A stretch of 64,000 bases of DNA from a bacterium (GCA_016700035.1 CP064998.1:462790-526789); one strand, 5' to 3'. Positions 7,201-17,942 are shown, numbered from the stretch's first letter. Numbers and translations: made by a program. Notes: generated from the sequence alone by a model not told the origin.

Positions 7201-8289
7201 ATGAAAAAAGTCCTCAAAACCCAACATGGTGAGGTTCGCTTACCGGCTTTCTTTCCAGATGCCACTCGCGCCACCATTAAATCTGTCGATACGCAGGCTG
7301 TTTTAGCCACCCAAACACCAGGGTTGGTGATGAACACCTATCATTTAGCAAATCTAGGCCTGGTAGATATTATCGCGGGGCAAGGTGGCTTGCATAATTT
7401 TACTGGCTGGGATCGACCAATTATTACCGACTCTGGTGGTTTTCAAGCCATGAGCTTGGTACGCGAATTTAATACCGGTGGTCGTTTTACCGAAGACGGT
7501 ATTATTTTTCAAGATTCAGCTGGTAATAAGTTAGAGCTTACGCCCGAAAGTTGCATCGATTACCAACTCAAGCTAGGCAGTGATATTATTATGATTTTAG
7601 ATGATTGCACTAAGCCAGATATGCCCATGGCCGAACAGCTTAAAAGTGTTGAGCGCACCATCCGCTGGGCAAAGCGCGCTCGTACCCACTTCGATAAAGC
7701 AATAAAAAAGATAGGGCATAAACCACTTCTTTTCAGCATTGTGCAGGGTGGGGGAGATAGAGAATTGCGCCGCACCTGCGCTCAAGAACTCAGCAAACTT
7801 AACTTTGACGGCTATGCTTTTGGCGGCTTTCCGATTAATGAAGCGGGGGAGTTGCAGGTCGAGACCATGCAGGCCGTGGTGGACGACACTCCAGCTGAAG
7901 CAATTAAATACGCCATGGGGGTTGGCACGCCAGAACAGATTGTGAAGAGCGTAGCAATGGGTTACGACCTGTTTGATGTTGTGATCCCCACGCGAGAAGC
8001 ACGACACCGCAAGCTGTATGTATGGAGCGGCAAACCAGAGGAGCTCGACCTCAACGCCGACTTTTATTCTAGTATAACTATGAAGAACCTATCACTTCAG
8101 AATGATTCTGGCCCGATCGATCCACGCTGCGATTGTCGTGCTTGCAAAAATTATTCCCGCGCCTACGTGCACACCCTCTTCCGTGCCGATCAATCCGTCG
8201 CCAGCCAGCTGGCAAGTATTCATAATCTTCGCTTTTACTCGAAGTTGATGGAGCTACTAAAGACGACCTGGGGCCACATCAATGATTGA
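7201..8289 (+). CDS. tgt: queuine tRNA-ribosyltransferase
   Basis: TIM-barrel Tgt motifs (FFPDAT, DSGGFQ) and C-terminal zinc site CDCRAC...H. Confidence 0.85.
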   Translation: MKKVLKTQHGEVRLPAFFPDATRATIKSVDTQAVLATQTPGLVMNTYHLANLGLVDIIAGQGGLHNFTGWDRPIITDSGGFQAMSLVREFNTGGRFTEDGIIFQDSAGNKLELTPESCIDYQLKLGSDIIMILDDCTKPDMPMAEQLKSVERTIRWAKRARTHFDKAIKKIGHKPLLFSIVQGGGDRELRRTCAQELSKLNFDGYAFGGFPINEAGELQVETMQAVVDDTPAEAIKYAMGVGTPEQIVKSVAMGYDLFDVVIPTREARHRKLYVWSGKPEELDLNADFYSSITMKNLSLQNDSGPIDPRCDCRACKNYSRAYVHTLFRADQSVASQLASIHNLRFYSKLMELLKTTWGHIND

Positions 8290-8655
8290 ACGAGTATTTT
8301 CAAAAGCAAAGGTTAAACCACTCAAATCCTCAATACGAAACCATTCAGCAGCTTCGATTTCAGTAGGGTCGATAACAATATCCCCACCCACATATTTAGC
8401 TAGATAAAAACTGAGTCGCAAGTCTTTTGTAATTACTGCATCTATCACTTCAAGTAACTCTACAATTTCACACCGTATACCGGTTTCTTCGAATACTTCC
8501 CGTATAGCTCCCTCTGCTGGACTTTCTCCGGGTTCAACGACGCCACCGGGGATTGACCAGTAGTCGCCATCTTTAATATGGGTATTTGTAAGAAGAAAGT
8601 GATCACCCTTAAAAACCAGGGCAAAAGCTCCATCTGTATATTTTTGACCCTGCAC
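8257..8655 (-). CDS. NUDIX hydrolase
   Basis: Nudix box GGVVEPGESPAEGAIREVFEETGI. Confidence 0.8.
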   Translation of the reverse strand: MQGQKYTDGAFALVFKGDHFLLTNTHIKDGDYWSIPGGVVEPGESPAEGAIREVFEETGIRCEIVELLEVIDAVITKDLRLSFYLAKYVGGDIVIDPTEIEAAEWFRIEDLSGLTFAFENTRSIIDVAPGRL

Positions 8656-8658
8656 AAG

Positions 8659-9687
8659 CTAACCTTCCCATTTCTGCGGTAGACGCAAATCTATCCCTTC
8701 AAGCTCTGAACCTGGGTCCTCATCAATGCAGGCCTTAAAATCTACCTCCAGCTTTTTCTCATCAAAATCTGTGCCAATAAATACCATCTGAGTTTTGTGA
8801 TCTTCGCCCTCGCGCCAATTATCCCAAAAAAGTTCCGAGCGCGTGCCGACCAATTGAAAAACATACTTGCGGGAGTGACCCTTGGAGCCAAGATCGACAA
8901 AGCCCTTTGCCCGATATACAGTTTTTGGAATCTGGCTATTCACAAACTCTTGAAACTTCATTGGATGGAGCGGGGAAGTTAGCTCCAAAGATATATGCTT
9001 AAATTTATCATGAAAATGGTCATGCCTATGAGGCTCGTTATGATGCTGATGTCTTTTAAGCCCTACTTCGTCCCACACTCGATCTGGATCAGACAGTAAG
9101 CGAATATCTACATTAGCCCGTACCGCTTCAAAAATCCGCGCCCGTGGGTTGGTCATCTCGATGAGCTGGCGAATCTCTGTGATGCGCGCCTTATCGACTG
9201 CGTCAATCTTATTGATAATTACAAAATCTGTGAATTCAATCTGGTCAGCAGCGTTTTTGTGGGCTTTGGCATTTTCTATAACATGCTCAGCATCAATCAG
9301 CGTTACAATAGCATCCAACTTAACGCCAATGCCAATCATATCGCGTAAATTAAGCGCCAAATCGCGTGGCTCAGCTAAGCCCGAAGCTTCAATCACAATT
9401 AAATCTATATCACTGCCTAGATAGGCGAATTGAGCAATCGCTTCCTGCACATCCAGCGTCTCCAAGGAACAGCAAATACAACCATTAGATAGCTCCAGCT
9501 TTGTATCGGTCTTGCCAGCCACGAGTTCTGAATCAATATTGATCGCCCCAAAATCGTTCACTACTACACCGATTTTTAAGCCATGTGGTTCAGCCAATAA
9601 GTGATTTACAAAAGTTGTTTTACCACTACCTAAAAACCCTGTCACAGCAAGGATGGGGATTCTTTTTGAAAATTTCTTCTCGGTCAT
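8659..9687 (-). CDS. COG0523 (CobW/ZigA/YciC-like) metallochaperone GTPase
   Basis: P-loop GFLGSGKTT, CxCC motif (CICCSL), His-rich stretch HQHHNEPHRHDHFHDKFKH. Confidence 0.8.
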   Translation of the reverse strand: MTEKKFSKRIPILAVTGFLGSGKTTFVNHLLAEPHGLKIGVVVNDFGAINIDSELVAGKTDTKLELSNGCICCSLETLDVQEAIAQFAYLGSDIDLIVIEASGLAEPRDLALNLRDMIGIGVKLDAIVTLIDAEHVIENAKAHKNAADQIEFTDFVIINKIDAVDKARITEIRQLIEMTNPRARIFEAVRANVDIRLLSDPDRVWDEVGLKRHQHHNEPHRHDHFHDKFKHISLELTSPLHPMKFQEFVNSQIPKTVYRAKGFVDLGSKGHSRKYVFQLVGTRSELFWDNWREGEDHKTQMVFIGTDFDEKKLEVDFKACIDEDPGSELEGIDLRLPQKWEG

Positions 9688-9738
9688 TTATCAATCCTCT
9701 TATGCTACAATTAATCTAGTTGGACTTATCACTTCAAT

Positions 9739-11436
9739 ATGCCTAAAGCTACCCCTCCGATCCACTCCACTCGACAATATGTCGACGAGCATACGTACCG
9801 ATCACTAGTACGTATTAGTACGGCATTTGAAATAATCGGACTTGGGGTCGCCCTGACTATTCAGATTTTCATGCCAACCGCACAACTGCCTCTTCAATAT
9901 TCTATCCCAGCAATAGCACTTCTGGCGATCGGCCTTATTTATAACAGCTTTGTTTGGCGGGGGTGGCATAACAAACGCCCACATTTAGCCCTGCAGATTG
10001 CCGTACTGCCCCCCATTATATCAATTCTGATAGCATCCATTGCAACTGGAGGTATTAACTCAGATTGGTACTATCTATGGCTGATTGCGATAGTGTGCAG
10101 TGGTATTGCTGGTGCACTCGGAGCAACTGTGGCTGCAATATTAACTGCAATATTCTGGCTCTACAGTGCTCTACTAATTCCTAATAATATGAGCTTAGAA
10201 GAAAATCTCTTTAAGATGTTGGCCACCATTATTGGCCTAGCAGCGGCATATTTTATCGGGCTTGGTGTAAATCGAGTAATAAAAACTATGCGTACCGCAG
10301 AAGATCTCACGCATCAACTTGATGGAGCTGAAATGCGTACTCAACTAATGATGAGCTCCATTGCCGACGTAGTGGTGGCAGTTGATACTGCCCGCCAAAT
10401 CATCATATTCAATGAAGCGGCCCAGAATATTACTGGCTGGGATCAGGAAAGTGCGATGGGGGTTGATTATAACTTAATTTTTAAACTAAAAGATCAGGCT
10501 GGCACCGAACTTAGCGACACTACTGATCCATTTTTACAGGCATTACAGACTGGCCAGCCAGTATCGACTGATAAATACTACATGTTGAGTAAAAATAATC
10601 AAAAAATTTCATTCTCTATTGTGATAGCGCCATCTTTTGACTCAAAAGGACAAACAAATGGAGCAATTGCCATTTTTCATGATATTTCCGACCAAAAGGC
10701 TGTAGCTAGAGAACGCAATGAATTCATCTCAACTGCCTCGCATGAAATGCGTACTCCAGTAGCCGCCATTGAAGGGTATTTGGCGATGGCGATGAACCCA
10801 TCACTAGCCACAGTGGATGAGCGGGCCAAAACATACATCGACAAAGCCCATACTGCCAGCTTGCATCTAGGCAAATTGTTCCGAGACCTATTATCGGTTA
10901 CAAAAATTGAAGATAATCGCATGGCAATTAACCGTCGGCGTTTCAATATAACTGAGCTTATGAACCAAGTGATTGGCGAGATGGAGATAATTGCAAAAAC
11001 TAAAAACATTAAAGTCTCCACTCATTTTGACAGTGGCGGACTAGGTCGTCAGAAAGTTATAGCGCCAAGCTATGAAGTCAATGCCGATCCAGATCGCCTG
11101 CGAGAAGTTATGGCTAACCTAATTGACAATGCTATTAAATACTCCAAAGAAAACACCACAATCGATGTCTCGCTAAAGCCTGATAAAAAAATAATTGTTT
11201 TTTCAGTTACTGACATGGGTATTGGTATTACTGCAACAGAGCAGAAACATTTATTTCAAAAGTTCTATCGAGTTAACAACTCATTCACGCGCGATGTTGG
11301 CGGAACTGGACTGGGCCTGTATATTGCCCGCAATCTCATTGAACAATTTGGTGGCAAAATTTGGGTTGAATCCCAAGAAGGCAAGGGTAGTACATTTTCG
11401 TTCTCACTACCACTCGATACAAGTCGCCCAGTATAA
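9739..11436 (+). CDS. sensor histidine kinase (multi-TM, PAS, HisKA, HATPase_c)
   Basis: N-terminal TM helices, PAS-like region, H-box FISTASHEMRTPVAAIEGY, G-boxes GGTGLGLYIARNL. Confidence 0.85.
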   Translation: MPKATPPIHSTRQYVDEHTYRSLVRISTAFEIIGLGVALTIQIFMPTAQLPLQYSIPAIALLAIGLIYNSFVWRGWHNKRPHLALQIAVLPPIISILIASIATGGINSDWYYLWLIAIVCSGIAGALGATVAAILTAIFWLYSALLIPNNMSLEENLFKMLATIIGLAAAYFIGLGVNRVIKTMRTAEDLTHQLDGAEMRTQLMMSSIADVVVAVDTARQIIIFNEAAQNITGWDQESAMGVDYNLIFKLKDQAGTELSDTTDPFLQALQTGQPVSTDKYYMLSKNNQKISFSIVIAPSFDSKGQTNGAIAIFHDISDQKAVARERNEFISTASHEMRTPVAAIEGYLAMAMNPSLATVDERAKTYIDKAHTASLHLGKLFRDLLSVTKIEDNRMAINRRRFNITELMNQVIGEMEIIAKTKNIKVSTHFDSGGLGRQKVIAPSYEVNADPDRLREVMANLIDNAIKYSKENTTIDVSLKPDKKIIVFSVTDMGIGITATEQKHLFQKFYRVNNSFTRDVGGTGLGLYIARNLIEQFGGKIWVESQEGKGSTFSFSLPLDTSRPV

Positions 11437-11507
11437 CTTGCGTCAAACAGTCTATTTACACTAGAATAAACATAAGAAAAAATAGTATAGATACCTAATA
11501 AAGAGGA

Positions 11508-11933
11508 ATGGTCATGACAAAAATACTACTGGTTGAAGATGATGTGAATTTACGAGATATTTATTTTGCCCGATTTCAAGCTGAAGGTTATGAACTAGCC
11601 GTAGCTTCCAATGGTGAGGAAGCGCTAGCCACTGCCGTCAAAGAAAAGCCAAATTTAATAATTCTCGACGTTATGATGCCACGTATTTCTGGCTTTGACG
11701 TATTGGATATCTTACGCTCAACACCAGAAACTGCGCACACAAAAGTCATTATGATGACAGCCCTTTCCGAACAATCAGATAAGGATCGCGGTAAAAGTCT
11801 TGGGGTAGACGAATATCTCGTAAAGAGCCAAGTTAGCCTAGAAGAAGTCGTGGTGGCCGTAAAGAAAACACTTGGTGAAACGCCAACACAAGCAGCCGAG
11901 ACAAAACCAAACTCCACGCCAACTGCTTCATAA
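11508..11933 (+). CDS. single-domain response regulator (CheY-like receiver)
   Basis: Receiver motifs LLVEDD ... IILDVMMP ... K; no output domain; follows the histidine kinase. Confidence 0.8.
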   Translation: MVMTKILLVEDDVNLRDIYFARFQAEGYELAVASNGEEALATAVKEKPNLIILDVMMPRISGFDVLDILRSTPETAHTKVIMMTALSEQSDKDRGKSLGVDEYLVKSQVSLEEVVVAVKKTLGETPTQAAETKPNSTPTAS

Positions 11934-11970
11934 CCTTATTTTCAGATATAAATCTGCTATAATATGATTC

Positions 11971-13290
11971 ATGAAATCATCTCGTACGCTTGTTCGCGAA
12001 TTAATTAACCAAAATAACCAAACTGTCACAGTTGAAGGCTGGCTCCATAAGCGTCGTTTGCTTGGTGGTTTAAATTTTATTGTTGTACGCGACCGCACTG
12101 GTGTTGTACAAATCTTAATTGAAAAAAAAGCTGAGATTGAAAAGCTACGTGGCTTACAGGTCGGTACTGTGTTGAGAGTAACTGGTAAGGTTCTGCAAGA
12201 TGAGCGAGCACCAGGTGGGGTAGAGCTACATGAACCAAAGCTAGAGATTGTGGTACCAGTTACGGAAGAGCCAATTATTGAGATCGATAAAGCCATAAGC
12301 CATAAGCCAGAGCACCTGGAGACACTATTTGATAACCGAGTGATCAGTCTCAGAAACCTACAAGAGCAGAAAATTTTTCGTATTCGAGCGGCTGTAAACG
12401 CGGATATTCGGTCGTATCTAGCCAAGCAAGAATTTATTGAAATCCAAACTCCAAAACTCCTTGCCGAAGCAACTGAAGGTGGAGCAGAAGTCTTTACGCT
12501 AGATTATTTTGGCAAACAAGCCACTTTAGCCCAAAGTCCTCAGTTCTATAAGCAAATTATGGTTGGTGTGTTTGAGCGTGTTTTTGAGATTGGTCCAGCT
12601 TATCGAGCCGAACCATCTGCCACCACCAGACATGTTTCTGAAGTTACAATGCTAGATATTGAGATGGGCTTTATTGATGGGCACGAAGATGTACTAAATA
12701 CCATTCAAGACATGACGTATGCCGTATTAAATAATATTTATGACGTTATGGCAGACGAGCTTAAGAGCTTAAATGCCCCAAAGCTAACCTTAACTAAAAC
12801 TTTCCCACGCTACACTGTAGCAGAAGTGCATGAACTATATACCAATGCCGGCAACGATAGTACCATCGGTGAAAAAGATCTACGTCCAGACGAGGAACGT
12901 TGGATTTGTGAATACGCCAAAAAGCAAGCTGGTTGTGAAGCGGTTTTTGTTACAGAAATGCCGATCGAAACCCATAAGTTTTATCAAATGATTAACCCAG
13001 AAAACCCACAAACCGTATTATCAGCTGATCTACTATTCCGAGGAGTGGAGATTGCTACCTGTCCGATGCGTGAGCATAACTATGACAAGCTTATCTCACA
13101 AATGAAGGATAAGGGCATTAACCCCGATGCACCTGGTTTCCAGCACTATCTAACTGCCTTTAAATTTGGCTTGCCTCCTCATGGTGGCTGTGGTTTTGGT
13201 ATTGATCGTTTTGTAGAGAAGATTATCGGCCTTGCCAATGTTAAAGAGGCGATATTATTCCCGCGCGATATCAATCGTTTAGATCCATAA
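11971..13290 (+). CDS. aspS: aspartyl-tRNA synthetase, archaeal/eukaryal-type (439 aa)
   Basis: Class IIb motifs FRIRAAVNADIR, QSPQFYKQ, GPAYRAE, GGCGFGIDR; short length typical of archaeal-type (likely non-discriminating) AspRS. Confidence 0.75.
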   Translation: MKSSRTLVRELINQNNQTVTVEGWLHKRRLLGGLNFIVVRDRTGVVQILIEKKAEIEKLRGLQVGTVLRVTGKVLQDERAPGGVELHEPKLEIVVPVTEEPIIEIDKAISHKPEHLETLFDNRVISLRNLQEQKIFRIRAAVNADIRSYLAKQEFIEIQTPKLLAEATEGGAEVFTLDYFGKQATLAQSPQFYKQIMVGVFERVFEIGPAYRAEPSATTRHVSEVTMLDIEMGFIDGHEDVLNTIQDMTYAVLNNIYDVMADELKSLNAPKLTLTKTFPRYTVAEVHELYTNAGNDSTIGEKDLRPDEERWICEYAKKQAGCEAVFVTEMPIETHKFYQMINPENPQTVLSADLLFRGVEIATCPMREHNYDKLISQMKDKGINPDAPGFQHYLTAFKFGLPPHGGCGFGIDRFVEKIIGLANVKEAILFPRDINRLDP

Positions 13291-13340
13291 ACTCTACCAA
13301 GCCATATCCGAGCTAATAGTTTTAAAGCTATAATAAACTT

Positions 13341-14024
13341 ATGTCTACTTCACGAAATTACACCGTAGCTCTACCGCATTTTGAAGGACCTTTGGAATTG
13401 CTAATTTCACTAATAGAGCGTCGAGAGCTGGAGATTACAGAACTCTCCATTAGTCAGGTGACAGGCGACTATCTCGCTACTGTTTCGGCACTAAAGGCAG
13501 CCCACACCGAAGATCTTCAGTGGTTTCTTGATATTGGATCTAAACTTGTTACCTACAAGACCCGCGCCATTCAAAAAGACTCGCTTGCAATTGATGATAC
13601 TAAGGGATTAACTGATCTGACGCGTGAGCTGGAGCGCTATCAAGCCTGGCGCAATACCGCCCGACTTCTTGGACAAAACTTTACGGTTGAGATGCAACTC
13701 CGCCCAGCACAAGAAACTTTAGTCCAGCAGCCACCTAAGAACCTCTCGGTCAAATCCCTGCTGTCAGCCTGGCGCAATATTGCCAGTCAAAAAACTACCC
13801 AACAAAATAAAACTCATCGGGTTTTAATTTCTCGGTCAGATATCCAAAAAACCATGCAGCAACTTCTAAAGAATATGATAAATTCTCAACCTTTATCAAG
13901 CACCTTAAAGACATCTGATCGACGCACTAAAACACTTAATCTACTGGCAGTTTTAGAGCTTATTAAGCAAGATTTAGTAGAGTTGGTTTTCGAAAAAGAG
14001 GAGCCGTATGTCCACGCCATCTGA
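13341..14024 (+). CDS. scpA: segregation and condensation protein A
   Basis: N-terminal ScpA motif FEGPLELLISLIERRELEITELSISQVTGDYL. Confidence 0.8.
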   Translation: MSTSRNYTVALPHFEGPLELLISLIERRELEITELSISQVTGDYLATVSALKAAHTEDLQWFLDIGSKLVTYKTRAIQKDSLAIDDTKGLTDLTRELERYQAWRNTARLLGQNFTVEMQLRPAQETLVQQPPKNLSVKSLLSAWRNIASQKTTQQNKTHRVLISRSDIQKTMQQLLKNMINSQPLSSTLKTSDRRTKTLNLLAVLELIKQDLVELVFEKEEPYVHAI

Positions 14025-14538
14025 ACACGCCCAACTAATTGAAGCTGCCTTATTTATTAGCACCTCACCAAAGTCTGCACAAACTCTAGCAAAAAAATTA
14101 AACCTTAGCGCATCAGAAATTCAAGCCGGGATTAATATGCTTAGGTCTCAGCTCACCACTAGGGGTATTCGACTAATTCAAAGCAGTGCCGGCTACGAGC
14201 TGGCTGTCGCACCAAATCTGCGCCAACAAATTGCCTCAATTAGTGGCGATCTAGCCCCAACCCTATCTCAATCTAGCCTAGAGGTACTGACAATCATCGC
14301 CTACGAAGGGCCCTGCCAGAAAGCTGTAATTGATGAGATACGAGCTACACCAAGTGATAACTCATTGCGTGCGCTGATGAGTCGAGATCTTATTGCGCAA
14401 AAGAAATCACATAATAACGATGGAGCGATGCAGTATGAGCTCACCAGCTTTGCTTGGCGGTGTTTAGGCCTAGCTGGACGAGATGCACTACCACCCAAGC
14501 CCAAAACAAAGACAAAGGATCAGCATGAGGCTAAATAA
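14008..14538 (+). CDS. scpB: segregation and condensation protein B
   Basis: Winged-helix ScpB pattern (EAALFIS...LA.....SEI); directly follows scpA with overlap. Confidence 0.75.
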   Translation: MSTPSEHAQLIEAALFISTSPKSAQTLAKKLNLSASEIQAGINMLRSQLTTRGIRLIQSSAGYELAVAPNLRQQIASISGDLAPTLSQSSLEVLTIIAYEGPCQKAVIDEIRATPSDNSLRALMSRDLIAQKKSHNNDGAMQYELTSFAWRCLGLAGRDALPPKPKTKTKDQHEAK

Positions 14539-15208
14539 ATGGTTGGTTCTGGCTGGTGTGGCAACCTCTAGGCGTAAGGCTGACGAGCTAATCGCCGAAG
14601 GGCGAATTGTGCGTAATGGCCATGTGGCCGAGGCTGGTGAGCAAGCCCAGCCACATGATGACATTACTCTAGACGGAGAAAACCTGCGTATCACCTCTGA
14701 TGAAGTACGTTTAACGGCCTTTTATAAGCCCCGTGGCGTGATATCGTCACATGTACGACAAGGTAAAAATAATAAAATTATTGCCGATTTTGTGCCTCTC
14801 GGTTGGCAACATGACATTATTGTTGGTCGACTTGACCGCGAAAGTGAAGGGCTGGTTCTACTCACTAATGATGGTGCACTCGCTCATCAACTGATGCATC
14901 CATCGTTTGGCGTACGGCGTGAATATTTAGTGACCACCCAACAGCCCCTTAATGACCTACAATTGAGTCTACTGACCAACGGAGTTGAACTTGAAGATGG
15001 AGTTAGTAAGGCCGTTGAAGCGACTAGGGAAGATGGCCGCCGTATCCGCATTGTTCTGGAAGAGGGTCGCAATCGACAAATTCGACGCACCTTAGCCGAG
15101 CTGGGCCACACTGTCACCCGACTGGTTCGTATTAAGCATGGAGATTTTGGCCTAGAAAATCTTGAGCCGGGTAAATGGCGCGAACTAAAAACCGAGGCAC
15201 AAGCATGA
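14525..15208 (+). CDS. rluB: RsuA/RluB-family 23S/16S rRNA pseudouridine synthase
   Basis: S4 domain (RLNKWLVLAGVATSRRKADELIAEGRIVRNG) plus catalytic motif GRLDRESEGLVLLTNDG; start moved to internal Met to limit overlap with scpB. Confidence 0.75.
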   Translation: MRLNKWLVLAGVATSRRKADELIAEGRIVRNGHVAEAGEQAQPHDDITLDGENLRITSDEVRLTAFYKPRGVISSHVRQGKNNKIIADFVPLGWQHDIIVGRLDRESEGLVLLTNDGALAHQLMHPSFGVRREYLVTTQQPLNDLQLSLLTNGVELEDGVSKAVEATREDGRRIRIVLEEGRNRQIRRTLAELGHTVTRLVRIKHGDFGLENLEPGKWRELKTEAQA

Positions 15209-16080
15209 AAGAAATAGCCAGCTTAATTATGTCGCTATCAATTACGGCCTTTAGTGTATTACCTTTTACAGCCGGGCCCAGCAGCCAACCTATTAAAACT
15301 GGTGATTATGCGCCAATTACAATCGCAAAAGCCCCGAATGACTATAGTGTAATCGCCAAATCAGCCTACATTGAAGACGCCCGTACCCGTGCAGTAATTT
15401 ATGAAAATAATCCACAAGAAAAGCTACCAATCGCCAGCCTGACCAAGCTAATGACAGTCTACCTTATCTTGCACGATAAAAAGCTTGATGATACGGTTAC
15501 CATACCCAAAGAGGTAGCCAGCGTGCAGGGTGGTCAATCGGCCGTCATTAACCTTGTTCCAGGTGATAAAATGACCGCCAGACAACTGGTTCAGGCCTCA
15601 CTCATTCCATCCGCCAATGATGCTGCAATCGCTCTAGCTATCTGGCACAGTGGCTCTGTGCAGGATTTTGTCGATAAAATGAACGATACAGCGCGCGAGC
15701 TCGGTATGGATAACACTAGCTTCAAAAACCCCACTGGGCTTGATACTATAGGGCATGTCTCCACAGCCCAAGATCTAGCTTTACTGACACACTATTTATT
15801 AGAGGATGATTTTTTCCGCACCACGGTAAATACCAAAACTACCACCATCACCTCAGAGCAGGGGAGAAAGTACGTACTCAACACCACAAATGAACTACTT
15901 AATAATGCCCCCAGTGTACGAGGCGTCAAAACAGGCTACACTCAAGCAGCTGGCGAATGCCTAATAACTCTCTCAGAACGCGAGGGTAGAGAGGTAATTA
16001 CCGTCATTCTAGGGAGCACGGACCGTTTCGGAGAATCCAGAAATATGATAAACTTGGCTTTCAGTTTACATTATGAGTAA
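15205..16080 (+). CDS. dacA: D-alanyl-D-alanine carboxypeptidase (PBP5/DacA-like serine peptidase S11)
   Basis: SxxK (SLTKLMT), SxN (SANDAA) and KTG (KTGYT) motifs; N-terminal signal/anchor. Confidence 0.75.
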   Translation: MKEIASLIMSLSITAFSVLPFTAGPSSQPIKTGDYAPITIAKAPNDYSVIAKSAYIEDARTRAVIYENNPQEKLPIASLTKLMTVYLILHDKKLDDTVTIPKEVASVQGGQSAVINLVPGDKMTARQLVQASLIPSANDAAIALAIWHSGSVQDFVDKMNDTARELGMDNTSFKNPTGLDTIGHVSTAQDLALLTHYLLEDDFFRTTVNTKTTTITSEQGRKYVLNTTNELLNNAPSVRGVKTGYTQAAGECLITLSEREGREVITVILGSTDRFGESRNMINLAFSLHYE

Positions 16081-17410
16081 AACAACCCAAATCCCCGTAA
16101 TTGCACTTGTTGGCGTACCAAATGTTGGTAAGTCCAGTTTGGTGAACCGCCTACTTGGTAGCCGCGCCACCATTATTCATGATGAAAGCCATACCACCCG
16201 AGATATCACGCGCCACTTGGTAGAGTGGGAGGGGCGGGTGACTTATCTGCAAGATACGCCGGGCTTTGGCAATACAAAAGATATTTTGACTCAAGCCGCT
16301 CAAGATCAACTAGCAAACTCCCTAAAATCCGCCGATCTAATCCTTTTTGTAGTAGATAGCACCCAAGCTCACATTACTGAAGCCGAAAAAAAGCTCGCTC
16401 GCACCGTTAGAGCACTCCAAAAACCAGCTTTCTTACTCTTAAATAAGGCCGATAAATCACCCGTTGATACAGCTCATTTTAAAGGCCTAGGTATTGAAAC
16501 TATGCTACCTGTATCAGCCCATCATGGCGAAGGGATTGAAGAGCTCAAGCAAATGGTGGTTAAAAATCTTCCACATCAGTCAACCGCAATCCCTACCACA
16601 CCAAGTCTCAAGGTTGCAATTTTAGGGCGACCAAATGTAGGTAAGTCTAGCTTGATTAATTTTTTATCAGGAGAAGAAGCTGCGATAGTATCGGAAATTG
16701 CCGGTACAACCCGCGATCCGGTGAATATTTCAATCGACCTTAATGGCAAACAGCTACTCATCACCGATACTGCCGGACTCCGCAAGCCTGGCAAGATTGG
16801 TCGTGATATTGAGTATTTTTCACTGGCTCGCACGCGCCAAATTGTTAAAGCCGCTGATGTCTGCGTGCTGGTTGTTGACGCTACCGAGGCAGCCACCAGT
16901 CAAGACCAAAGGATTGCCGGTATTATTCGTGAAGCTGGCAAAGGCTTGGTCCTGGCGGTTAATAAATCCGATAAACTGACTGGTGAAGATCGGCAAAGCC
17001 TACGACTGGAGCGACGCCTGCAACGTGAATTTGAATTCGTCTGGTGGGCGCCATATGTACTTATTTCAGCCCAAACTGGTAAAAATCTTGATAAACTCTT
17101 AGAGCAAATTATTGAAGTTGGTCAAAAAACCCAGCAACAACTTCGCACTAAAGACATTAATGACGCCCTCCAGATGGCCATTGGCGCCAAGCCAGTTGCC
17201 AGTGCCGGCAATCTACGCCCCAAATTAAACTATGCCACCCAAACCGGCAATCTACCCCTAGAGATCACGATCTACGGCACTCACCCTGATGCCATTCACT
17301 TTAGCTATCGGCGCTATCTAGAAAACCAGATGCGCCAAAAGTTCGATTTGCATGGCGTGCCTATAAAGCTTATCTTTAAGAGTAAGTATGGCCACAAAAT
17401 CGACAACTAA
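16073..17410 (+). CDS. der: ribosome-biogenesis GTPase Der (EngA)
   Basis: Two tandem GTPase domains (GVPNVGKSSLVNRL; GRPNVGKSSLINFL) plus KH-like C-terminus. Confidence 0.9.
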   Translation: MSKTTQIPVIALVGVPNVGKSSLVNRLLGSRATIIHDESHTTRDITRHLVEWEGRVTYLQDTPGFGNTKDILTQAAQDQLANSLKSADLILFVVDSTQAHITEAEKKLARTVRALQKPAFLLLNKADKSPVDTAHFKGLGIETMLPVSAHHGEGIEELKQMVVKNLPHQSTAIPTTPSLKVAILGRPNVGKSSLINFLSGEEAAIVSEIAGTTRDPVNISIDLNGKQLLITDTAGLRKPGKIGRDIEYFSLARTRQIVKAADVCVLVVDATEAATSQDQRIAGIIREAGKGLVLAVNKSDKLTGEDRQSLRLERRLQREFEFVWWAPYVLISAQTGKNLDKLLEQIIEVGQKTQQQLRTKDINDALQMAIGAKPVASAGNLRPKLNYATQTGNLPLEITIYGTHPDAIHFSYRRYLENQMRQKFDLHGVPIKLIFKSKYGHKIDN

Positions 17411-17942
17411 ACTACGCCCCGCACTGATTGTTGGGCTTGGTAATCCTGGTAAAAAATATGAACATACCAGACATAATGCTGGCTTTTTAATTGTCGAAGC
17501 TCTGGCGCACGCTCATCAGGCCAGCTGGCAAGACAAACCAGCTTGGTGCACTCAGGTAGCCGAGTTGGCCCCCCAAGTTTTTGCCGTTAAGCCAACTACT
17601 TACATGAATGAATCAGGTCGTGCCGTAAAGGCTCTGGCAAATTATTTTGATGTAGCTCAAAACCACATTTGCCTTGTCTACGACGATCGAGACTTACCGT
17701 ATGGTAAGATGCGCTGGACTGAGGGCTTTCGAACTGGTGCCAGCCACAATGGTGTGCGTTCTGTTGCCACTGCAGTAGGGAAGAGCTTTACACGACTGCG
17801 CTTTGGGATAGGCAATAATACGATGGCCCACATGCCGCTAGAAACTTTTGTCTTACAGAGCTTTAATGCCTTCGAGAAAGCACTATTAGATGAGCAAATT
17901 CACCATGCCGTCAAAGAGCTAGAGGATCATTTTGACCTGTGA
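17388..17942 (+). CDS. pth: peptidyl-tRNA hydrolase
   Basis: Motif LIVGLGNPGKKYEHTRHNAGF. Confidence 0.85.
   Translation: MATKSTTKLRPALIVGLGNPGKKYEHTRHNAGFLIVEALAHAHQASWQDKPAWCTQVAELAPQVFAVKPTTYMNESGRAVKALANYFDVAQNHICLVYDDRDLPYGKMRWTEGFRTGASHNGVRSVATAVGKSFTRLRFGIGNNTMAHMPLETFVLQSFNAFEKALLDEQIHHAVKELEDHFDL

Noticed and set aside
7597-8007. 136-aa minus-strand ORF inside tgt
   Set aside because: Entirely antisense to the well-supported tgt CDS; spurious.
12121-12129. A8 homopolymer inside aspS coding sequence
   Set aside because: Lies within an essential housekeeping gene and encodes Lys-Lys in frame. It is unlikely to be a phase-variation site.
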